From: Candidatus Puniceispirillum sp.
GTDB lineage: Bacteria > Electryoneota > RPQS01 > DYHQ01
Reading direction: 5' to 3'
NCBI GenBank assembly: GCA_020724065.1
Contig: DYHQ01000003.1
Location: 1-49,668 of the forward strand
Length of the DNA stretch: 49,668 nucleotides
The notes beneath the pieces were generated by a model, which worked only from the letters and a program-made list of their open reading frames with translations, did not search any database and was not told where the DNA came from. Shown here piece by piece: positions 17,984 to 25,704 of this stretch. A program made the translations under genes and the position numbers. How positions within the stretch are numbered: the first letter of the stretch is position 1; every line of letters starts with the position of its first letter.

Positions 17984-18799
17984 GTGAAGAAATTGCTTCT
18001 CTATATTTTCCTTATTCTTTTCACTGCAGCGACGCTCTATCCTATCGTCAATGTTGTCTCCATTTCGCTGCGGCCCGGAGATCGTTTGTTGACGACCTCG
18101 CTGGCGTTCATTCCGCCCGATGCTTCCTTCGATTCCTATCGGCGGCTGTTCACCGAAAATCCATTCGTGAGATTGCTCCTGAATAGCACATTGGTGGCGC
18201 TGGCAGTCACGGTGACAGGCGTGGCTCCTGCCTCGACGGCGGGTTACGCGTTCTCACGATTTCGATTTCGAGGGCGTGGCTTTGGCATGGCGATGCTGCT
18301 GACGACGCAGATGTTTCCCGCAACCATGCTGCTACTGCCGCTTTTCGTGATGCTGGCGAAATTGCACCTCATCAACAGCTATTTCGGGATTATTGTCGTC
18401 TATGCGGCGACCGCACTCCCCTTCTGCATTTGGCAGATGAAGGGCTATTATGATACGATTCCGCCTTCATTGGAGGAGGCGGCGTTGATTGATGGCTGCA
18501 CGCGTTGGCAGGCGTTTTTCAAAATCATCTTGCCGCTGGCTGCCCCTGCGCTCGTCATCACCGCTCTCTTCTCCTTCATGACGGCTTGGAGCGAATATGT
18601 CGTCGCCGCGCAGGTCTTGCAGAGCGAGGAGATGTTCACTTTGCCGCTGGGGCTCAAGCAATTCCAATCGAATATGACCACCGAATGGGGTCTCTATGCG
18701 GCGGGGTCGGTGCTCATCAGCATTCCTGTAATCGCACTTTTCCTCTTCTTGACGCGCTGGCTTGTCTCTGGCCTGACTTTGGGCAGCGTGAAAGGGTAG
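17984..18799 (+). CDS. Sugar ABC transporter permease (MalG-like)
   Basis: GTG start 15 nt after the MalF-like stop. EAA loop EAALIDGCTRWQAFFKIILPLAAP. Six TM segments. Confidence 0.93.
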   Translation: MKKLLLYIFLILFTAATLYPIVNVVSISLRPGDRLLTTSLAFIPPDASFDSYRRLFTENPFVRLLLNSTLVALAVTVTGVAPASTAGYAFSRFRFRGRGFGMAMLLTTQMFPATMLLLPLFVMLAKLHLINSYFGIIVVYAATALPFCIWQMKGYYDTIPPSLEEAALIDGCTRWQAFFKIILPLAAPALVITALFSFMTAWSEYVVAAQVLQSEEMFTLPLGLKQFQSNMTTEWGLYAAGSVLISIPVIALFLFLTRWLVSGLTLGSVKG

Positions 18800-18846
18800 G
18801 CTTTGTGTGTGACGCGGTGTTGGAGGACGGCGCTGTAGGGAGGAGA

Positions 18847-19281
18847 TTATGGATTCCCGGAGTCTTTCGCGGCGCCTTGGCTTATCCAGTTGCGAACGAG
18901 TTCGATAGTCTCCGAGGGCAGAGGAGCACCCGTGGCTGGCATTCGCTGCAATCCATTGGAGCCTTCGAGGCGCCAAACGAGCTCGCTGGAATCCGGCTTG
19001 CCTGCGACGACATAAGGATTGCCTGAACTGCTTGTTGCGTGAATCCATGCATCGAAATTGACGATATCAAAGTCGCCATTCGGCGTGGCTCCACTATGGC
19101 AACTCAGGCATCTATCTTCGAGCAGCGGCCAAATGTCGCTCTGCCAGGTGAGCGAGTCATTGGGCGACCGGAGAACCTTGTCGCCAAAGTCGCTGCAACT
19201 CCATAGGGCGAGCAGCCCCGTGAGAAGAGTGACCGCAAAGGTAAGCGCTTGTTTTCCACCCTTTTCTGTCGGCCCTTTCAT
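18847..19281 (-). CDS. Small lipoprotein with a single CxxCH haem-binding motif (planctomycete cytochrome c / PSCyt1-like domain)
   Basis: Signal/lipobox LTGLLALWSC. Domain block WPLLEDRCLSCHSGATPNGDFDI...MPATGAPLPSETIELVRNWI. Starts 3 nt after the YceI-like stop. Confidence 0.75.
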   Translation of the reverse strand: MKGPTEKGGKQALTFAVTLLTGLLALWSCSDFGDKVLRSPNDSLTWQSDIWPLLEDRCLSCHSGATPNGDFDIVNFDAWIHATSSSGNPYVVAGKPDSSELVWRLEGSNGLQRMPATGAPLPSETIELVRNWISQGAAKDSGNP

Positions 19282-19284
19282 TGG

Positions 19285-19920
19285 CTACTCCCCCACTGTC
19301 TCGCGAGCAATGAATTGCACTTTCACATCTTGCTCTTCGGCGAGTTTCAAGAAAAGGAATTGCGGGCGGGCAATATGGTATTCCTGCAGCTTCACTTTGA
19401 ATCGTGCTGTGACTTGAAGTGTGCTGTCGGCTGAGTCGAACACGGCGGTTAGCTCCGGCTCGATGGTTCGTGTCATGCCATGCAGAGTGAACTTGCCGCG
19501 GGCCTTCAACGTGATGGATTGCTTATCCGGAATTGAGGTCGCAGGCGGAGCAACGATCTCCTCCAAGACAAACTCAATGGTCGGAAAGACATCGGGATGC
19601 AGGTGGTTCTCCCGCATGTGCTGGTTGCGCAGTCCGATGCCCGTGTCGAGAGACAGGACATCCGCCACGAGCTTTCCCCCGACCTGAGCGTTCAGGTCCT
19701 CGGGGTCGAAGTAAAATTGCCCAAAAATTTCGCGTGTGTGACCCTCAAAGGTTTCGCCGGTCGCGCGTGAAATGAAGACGACTTCGTTCGATTCACTCGG
19801 CTCAACCGCGAAATTCTTCGATGCCGCCCCAACGGCGACGGCAGCGAGCAAGAGACCCGCCAGAGCGAGCGCTGGAGTCATCGTTCTGAATCGGTTGTTC
19901 ATGGATGATTTCCTCATCAT
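19285..19920 (-). CDS. YceI-like periplasmic (polyisoprenoid-binding type) protein
   Basis: The ATG at 19920 overlaps the upstream TGA (ATGA). Signal peptide MTPALALAGLLLAAVAVGAA. YceI-like pattern FEGHTREIFGQFYFDP...LDTGIGLRNQHMRENHL..DVFPTIEF. Confidence 0.8.
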   Translation of the reverse strand: MMRKSSMNNRFRTMTPALALAGLLLAAVAVGAASKNFAVEPSESNEVVFISRATGETFEGHTREIFGQFYFDPEDLNAQVGGKLVADVLSLDTGIGLRNQHMRENHLHPDVFPTIEFVLEEIVAPPATSIPDKQSITLKARGKFTLHGMTRTIEPELTAVFDSADSTLQVTARFKVKLQEYHIARPQFLFLKLAEEQDVKVQFIARETVGE

Positions 19921-21016
19921 AACCAAAGATGCAACTGCAGCTCGCCGGTACCGTATTCATCCCCGCGGTCGTCATGATTCCATTCGAGGGCTGGAGTTAG
20001 TGAGAAATAGCCGCGTGGGATAACATCACTCGACAGCCTTGTTCGCCAGTAGAAACCAGTTTGGTGGTCGAGATCGGGATCGAAGAACTCGTAATAGACA
20101 TTGAAATACAAACCGCGTTTTGCCATGCATCGAAGCTGGTGAGTTGCAACAACACCGGCCGTGCTTTCGTCCACCATGTCTGTCTCTCCGAGGAAAGTCC
20201 ATCGGCTCCAATGCATTCCATAAAACGCACCCCAGAATTGCGGCGAATGCTTCATGTCTCCGATGTCTTCGACTCGATAGCTTCCTCCAAGCGAGGTGTT
20301 GAGAGTGCCAACCGTAATACGCCTGGCGAGGCGTGCCAACATCGCTCTACCGTGAGTCCCCGCGACGCCATTGATGAGCCCGAGCGTCATGTCCCAACTC
20401 TGCGGATAGAAGCCTATTTCAATCCCCGTATCGTATGCTTTCGTTCCCGCGCCCTGGGAGCCGCCGTAGTCCAGAAAGCGGCGACTGAAAAGCTTATGAT
20501 CAGCGAATCGCCAGCCATAAGCAGGCATGAACTTTCCGACTCGCACAACACCCGACATCGGCAGTCCTTGGAACAGAGCGTAAGCCTCCTGCAAGCCGCG
20601 ATTCGACACATCAAGACAAACTTGGGTGGGCTCGCTTAGCGTGTAGGCGAGATAGAAAGAGGCCTGCATGAGAACGAAACGATTGTCATCTTGTTGCAGT
20701 CTCGTGCTGTCATTCTTCTTGAGATCGTCTTGCGCATAATAGAGGCCGCGCAAATCGAGGCCGACCTGAAGACTCTCGTTGATGCGTGGCTTGACTCTCT
20801 CGATGTCCTCCAGACTCAGTGTTTTTGCGGCAAGGTCTGTGTAGCTGACGAATTGCGCGCCATACAGAGTCCGCATCCCGCCCCCTGTGGCGTTGCAATG
20901 ACAAAGCCCACAGTCTGCTGATAGCGCATCTGATACTCGGGCAAGGCCAGCAGGGTTTGATGGGGTGCTGCAATTGTCAGCAACAGAGCAACGCATCCAA
21001 GGCACCATGGTCTCAT
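19917..21016 (-). CDS. Putative outer-membrane beta-barrel protein with an N-terminal CxxCH motif; reading frame broken between the signal peptide and the mature part
   Basis: ATG at 21016 with a strong SD (GGAGGAAGC-ATG) encodes MRPWCLGCVALLLTIAAPHQTLLALPEYQMRYQQT in one frame. The long ORF (CGLCHCNATGGGMRTLYGAQF... with alternating amphipathic strands, ending ...LHLWL) runs in the -1 frame. Confidence 0.65.
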
Positions 21017-21161
21017 GCTTCCTCCATGATTTCACGATTCTCGTAGTGAAAGCGTTCCAGCAGATCGCTTTTGCACAGCCAGGGGAAGAACCCATGCTGT
21101 TTCATATAATATAGGAAACTTAGACTTTTTCACAAAGCGCAGTCAACGAAATAGGAGAGTG

Positions 21162-21515
21162 ATGAAGGTTGTAAAACTAAGTCAAGGAGAAACCTATCAG
21201 CCCGAGCTCAACTGGAAGCGTGTCAGTTTGGCGGGGAGTACTGAGATTTCCGTCGAGTATTTCGAAAAGCCTGCAGGGCACAGTTCTCCAATGCACAGTC
21301 ACCCCAGCGAGCAGGTGAGCATCGTCATCAAAGGGAGAATGAAGGTGGTCAGCGGAGGTGGAGAAGAGGAAGTCCTCGATGTGGGTGATTCCGCGTGGTT
21401 TGCACTGAACGAGCCCCATCGTATTGAGAACCCGGGAACCGAACTGGCGGTTGGCGTGGATATTTTCGTTCCGGCGCGAAGTTTCGACTTCTGGACGAGG
21501 AAGCTGGGTCAGTAA
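21162..21515 (+). CDS. Cupin-domain protein
   Basis: AGGAGAG SD. Cupin motifs HSHPSEQVSIVIKG and EPHRIEN. Confidence 0.75.
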   Translation: MKVVKLSQGETYQPELNWKRVSLAGSTEISVEYFEKPAGHSSPMHSHPSEQVSIVIKGRMKVVSGGGEEEVLDVGDSAWFALNEPHRIENPGTELAVGVDIFVPARSFDFWTRKLGQ

Positions 21516-21619
21516 TGATAAAATCGTTGCTTTTTAACTGATACTATCTTATCTTATGGTTAGAGTAGTCTGCGCGCGCTGAGGAAAGACGGTATTCTCC
21601 GAAGTTAGAGAGGCGTGTC

Positions 21620-24142
21620 ATGAAAAGGATCATGATCATTCTGTGCTTGTGCGGATTTGTCAGTGCTCTGTCAGCGAAACCCGCACTGGTGATTGTGCAA
21701 CGAGATGCCCTGAAGGGCCTGGAGGACAAGGTTACCATCTTGCGAGACTTGCGCGAGACGGCTTTTGCGGCAGCGGAGCTCGCGGATTTGGACGCTGCCC
21801 AGATTCCCTATCAGCTGATTGACAGAGAATATGTGCCTGGCCACTACCTGCTTGTCCAAGGGGCGAGGCAGGCTGCGAAGAAAGGATTGCCGATTCTGTG
21901 GCAGGATAGGAAAGGCGCGCTCTTGCGGTTGGACAGACCTCTCGATGAAGCAATCTCCGAGCGAGTAGGCGGCGAGGAGCCGCTCGAATCAAGAACACCC
22001 GCAGTTCGTGAGTCAAATCCGATTCTGCATCTCGATGACCCAAATCTGGATGCATGGCTTCAGACTCTCGCGAATCAGGTGAATGCTGATTCACTTTTCG
22101 GATGCGTCTCCACACTCGCCTCATACAACCGTTACACGCGCTGGACTTCGAATGATGCAGCGGCGGCGTGGATCTTGAACAAATTCATCAGCTATGGGGT
22201 GGACTCGGCCTACTATCACGAGTTCACCGCCACGGGAAGCGGGTGGAGTCGAACGGCAAAAAATGTCATCGGCGTGAAGACGGGCGTTGTGTATCCGGAT
22301 TCGATTATTCTCATTGGCGGGCACATGGACGCGACTTCGCAGAATCCCTCGCTGGCCGCACCCGGGGCCGAGGACAATGCGACCGGCACAGCCGCGGCAA
22401 TTGAGGCCGCTCGCTTGTTCCAACAGCATGAATTCTCGCACACGATTATGTATGTCGGATTCAATGGTGAGGAGCAGGGACTTCAGGGCAGCGAGGCATT
22501 GGCTGATGCGATGGCCGCAGCGGGGCGCAAAATCGGGGCGGTCTTCAACTTGGATATGGTAGGGTATTATGATCCGGCAGACGAAGACCTCTTCATTGAG
22601 GGTTTCTACACCGGCGTCAGTTCGGTCTGGTTGATGGATCTTCTGGAGGACAATTGCCTTCAGTTTACGACGCTGATTCCCTACATCTACGGCAGCAACG
22701 GTTGGGGCAGCGACCATGTGTCGTTCCACAGCGCAGGCTACCCGGCAGTGATGTCCATCGAAAATGAATATGATTCGTATGCGTGCTACCATAACACCTG
22801 CGATTTGCCGGATCAAATCACACCCAGTTTCTTGCGTCAAATGGCTTTGGTGAGCATCGTTTCCGCGGCGGAGCTTGCAGGGCCGCAAGGCGCGGCGAGC
22901 ATCTCTGGCACTGTGACGCTTGAGGGAATTTCCGATTATTCAGGTGTGACGGTCTCGGTGGTTGAGGGAACGGAGAGCACGGTGAGCGCGGTGAATGGAT
23001 TCTACCGAGTGGAGCATCTGCTGGGAGGCACTTATGCTCTCGCTTTCTCAAAAGCAAGCTGGCTCTCTGATACACTGACCGGTATCATGGTGGCCGCCGG
23101 TCAGGAAACACCGGGGCAAAACATCTTTCTCTATGCGGCGACTCCCGGTTCCGTCTCGGGAACAATCGCGCTTTCCGGCGGCAGCGGCACGCTTGCGGAT
23201 GCAATTGTTTATGTCAATGAGACTGTCTCGCCCGTAGGCAGCGATGGAGCGTTTCATGTGGCGCCGGTCTATGCAGGACAACATGTATTGACGGCTGCAC
23301 TGGACGACTATGCGCTTGCATCGCAGGTTATCATCCTTGGCGACGGCGAGAATCTGACAGGGGTTACCCTAACGGTCTATCCCTTCTGGGATTTTGAGGC
23401 ATCGAACTATGGCTTGAATAATGACGGCACGAATTGGGGCTGGGGAACGGATGCGACGGCGGGTTACCATTCGGCGACGCAAGTTTGGGGGACGGCGCTC
23501 GGTACCAACTACGCCAATTGCACGGATTATCGGCTCATCATGCCTCCGGTTTGCCTGGCGAACCTCGATTCGGCGCGCTTGGTTATTTGGCATTGGTATG
23601 ATATTGAAGCGTCGGGGCCGACAGTGGACTATGACGGCGCCAATGTCAATCTCGCTCCGTTTGGCACGGAAAACTGGCAAGTAATCAATCCCGTTGGTGG
23701 TTATCCTCAGGGGGCGGGTTACACCTGCAATCCAATTCAGAATCAGCCCGCGTACAACGGCCAAACCGGAGCGTGGGCGCAGGCGATATTCAATTTGAAT
23801 TCATTTCTCGGTCAGAATATCAAGATACGATTCCGTTTGGGCACGGATGTGGGCGTAACGAAGCGCGGATGGTACTTGGATGACATGGCGCTTGTCGGCT
23901 GGCCGAGTGTCGTCGTGCCACAGCCAGTTGATGACCTTGTCATCTATCCTGTTGGAGAGAGTGTACAGCTTTCATGGAGCGCGGCGAGCGGCGCGACCAA
24001 CTACAAAATTTATCGAGGGACGGAGCCTTTCCAACCCATCGAATCAATGACACTGCTCAGTACACAGGTGGAAACGACTTACATTGATGAAGATGCCCCC
24101 GGTTTCATGACGGCTTTTTATGTTGTGGTTGCAGCAAATTAG
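21620..24142 (+). CDS. Secreted M28-family metallopeptidase with carboxypeptidase-regulatory-like, MAM/lectin-like and C-terminal FN3-like domains
   Basis: Signal peptide MKRIMIILCLCGFVSALSA. M28 ligand blocks GGHMDATS, AEDNATGTAAAIEAARLF, FNGEEQGLQGSEA, NLDMVGY and SDHVSFHSAGYP. Repeated GTVTLEG/GTIALSG beta-sandwich modules. FN3-like tail at 23918-24139. Confidence 0.9.
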   Translation: MKRIMIILCLCGFVSALSAKPALVIVQRDALKGLEDKVTILRDLRETAFAAAELADLDAAQIPYQLIDREYVPGHYLLVQGARQAAKKGLPILWQDRKGALLRLDRPLDEAISERVGGEEPLESRTPAVRESNPILHLDDPNLDAWLQTLANQVNADSLFGCVSTLASYNRYTRWTSNDAAAAWILNKFISYGVDSAYYHEFTATGSGWSRTAKNVIGVKTGVVYPDSIILIGGHMDATSQNPSLAAPGAEDNATGTAAAIEAARLFQQHEFSHTIMYVGFNGEEQGLQGSEALADAMAAAGRKIGAVFNLDMVGYYDPADEDLFIEGFYTGVSSVWLMDLLEDNCLQFTTLIPYIYGSNGWGSDHVSFHSAGYPAVMSIENEYDSYACYHNTCDLPDQITPSFLRQMALVSIVSAAELAGPQGAASISGTVTLEGISDYSGVTVSVVEGTESTVSAVNGFYRVEHLLGGTYALAFSKASWLSDTLTGIMVAAGQETPGQNIFLYAATPGSVSGTIALSGGSGTLADAIVYVNETVSPVGSDGAFHVAPVYAGQHVLTAALDDYALASQVIILGDGENLTGVTLTVYPFWDFEASNYGLNNDGTNWGWGTDATAGYHSATQVWGTALGTNYANCTDYRLIMPPVCLANLDSARLVIWHWYDIEASGPTVDYDGANVNLAPFGTENWQVINPVGGYPQGAGYTCNPIQNQPAYNGQTGAWAQAIFNLNSFLGQNIKIRFRLGTDVGVTKRGWYLDDMALVGWPSVVVPQPVDDLVIYPVGESVQLSWSAASGATNYKIYRGTEPFQPIESMTLLSTQVETTYIDEDAPGFMTAFYVVVAAN

Positions 24143-24182
24143 CGCCGCTTCTGTCGGCTCATACGGTACCACGGCATCGAAC

Positions 24183-24212
24183 GGCCCGGCTAATGCAAGT
24201 CGGGCCTTTTTT
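24183..24212 (+). terminator. Rho-independent terminator of the M28 peptidase gene
   Basis: ggcccg-(12-nt loop)-cgggcc followed by TTTTTT, about 40 nt after the stop. Confidence 0.7.
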
Positions 24213-24324
24213 CTTCAAGGCGGATTCTTCTTTGATTGCCGTTTGACTTTTGCTCGAATTGGATTAAATTATTCATGGTGCGCGCTGCCCTCTCTCCAAG
24301 AACCTTCAAAGGAATCAGCGTGGA

Positions 24325-24744
24325 ATGGCTTCACGAATCTACATGAGTCAATCGAAACATGTTGCAACACATCCTATCGTTGACGACGATCCCATCGTAG
24401 CCCGAACCCTTGCCGAACAACTCGAGGTCTTGGGATTCAAATCAGCCACCGCGTCGGATGCCGAAACGGGAGATCGCAGTCTGCGGTCGGGAAGCCTTAA
24501 TTTGGTCTTGCTGGACTTGAGTCTACCTGACCGCAGCGGACTTGACCTCCTGCGTCGCTGGCAAGACGAGTTGGTTCAAGCTCCGACGATCATGATTTCA
24601 GGAACGGCCACCATTCCCGATGCCGTTGAGGCTCTCAAGCGCGGTGCTGTGGATTTCCTCGTGAAGCCGATTGACATGCGCCTGCTGGAGGTGGTCGTAA
24701 ACCGCACTTTGAGTTCGCAGAGACTGCGCAAGGAGAACCTGTGA
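24325..24744 (+). CDS. Response-regulator receiver domain (N-terminal part of an NtrC-family regulator, ended by an in-frame TGA)
   Basis: REC residues are present: IVDDDP, LVLLDLSLPDRSG, MISGTA and VDFLVKP. The ORF ends ...LRKENL-TGA in the same frame as the next ORF. Confidence 0.8.
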   Translation: MASRIYMSQSKHVATHPIVDDDPIVARTLAEQLEVLGFKSATASDAETGDRSLRSGSLNLVLLDLSLPDRSGLDLLRRWQDELVQAPTIMISGTATIPDAVEALKRGAVDFLVKPIDMRLLEVVVNRTLSSQRLRKENL

Positions 24745-24765
24745 CTGCGAGAGCTCACGCAGGCG

Positions 24766-25704
24766 ATGCCCGTCGAGTTTCTCGGAAGAAGCGATGCGAC
24801 GCGACGGTTGCTTGCAGAAGCCGCGAAGATCGCTCCGAGTGACCAACCGGTTTTGATCGAAGGCGAAACCGGTACGGGGAAGCAGGTTCTGGCGAGATTT
24901 GTTCATGCGCGTTCGGAAAGAGCCAACGAGCCTTTTGTCAGTGTGAACTGTGCCGCGATTACCGAATCGCTGTTCGAATCCGAGTTGTTCGGGCATGAAA
25001 AAGGAGCATTCACAGGAGCCATTGGTCGAAAGCCAGGCAAATTGGAGCTTGTGGGCAACGGAGTGCTCTTCCTGGATGAATTGGGTGAGTTGCCTCACAA
25101 CTGTCAAGCCAAGTTGCTCACTGCTCTGGAGGATCGAGTCTTTGAGCGGGTGGGAGGGACGCAGTCCTTGGAGTTCGAGGGACGAGTGATTGCAGCGACG
25201 AACCGAAATCTCCATCAGGAGACCGAAAAGGGAGCATTCCGCAAAGATCTTTTCTATCGCTTGAACACCTTCCGCCTGCAAATCCCTCCCTTGCGCGAGC
25301 GACCTGACGACATTCCGTTGTTCGTCGAGAAGACTGTCGAGCAATGTCGCCGCAAATATGGTCGCAAATTCACTCTGCCGGACGAAGAGACGATGGACGC
25401 TCTGAAACATTATGCCTGGCCCGGCAATGTGCGCGAACTTTTTCATCATGTGGAGCGCATCGCTCTCTTGAGCGAGTCGGCTGAAATTCCGAAGCGGATG
25501 TGGCTCTCCTTTCCTTCATCGCTGCTCGGAGCCAGTTCTGCGAAGACCGAGGACCTCCGTGCGGCCGTCGAGGCGTTTAAGAAGCAGCACATTCTCATGA
25601 TCGTGCAAAGTTGCAATGGGAATCAGACGGAAGCCGCGCGGCGACTGGGCATCGAGCGAACTCACCTGAATCGTCTCTTGGCCGACTATGAGGGCCGAAG
25701 ATGA
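24766..25704 (+). CDS. Sigma-54 interaction (AAA+) and Fis-type HTH domains of the same NtrC-family regulator
   Basis: Walker A GETGTGKQ, ESELFGHEKGAFTGA (GAFTGA loop), Walker B VLFLDELGEL, RKDLFYRLN, GNVREL, and HTH NQTEAARRLGIERTHLNRLL. In frame with 24325-24744. Confidence 0.85.
   Translation: MPVEFLGRSDATRRLLAEAAKIAPSDQPVLIEGETGTGKQVLARFVHARSERANEPFVSVNCAAITESLFESELFGHEKGAFTGAIGRKPGKLELVGNGVLFLDELGELPHNCQAKLLTALEDRVFERVGGTQSLEFEGRVIAATNRNLHQETEKGAFRKDLFYRLNTFRLQIPPLRERPDDIPLFVEKTVEQCRRKYGRKFTLPDEETMDALKHYAWPGNVRELFHHVERIALLSESAEIPKRMWLSFPSSLLGASSAKTEDLRAAVEAFKKQHILMIVQSCNGNQTEAARRLGIERTHLNRLLADYEGRR

Noticed and set aside
24742-24744. TGA read as selenocysteine or as a sense codon (alternative genetic code)
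   Set aside because: TGA clearly terminates neighbouring genes at conserved C-termini (10572-10574, 15790-15792, 17076-17078, 25702-25704). The linker position has no catalytic role that would call for Sec. I did not evaluate a SECIS element.
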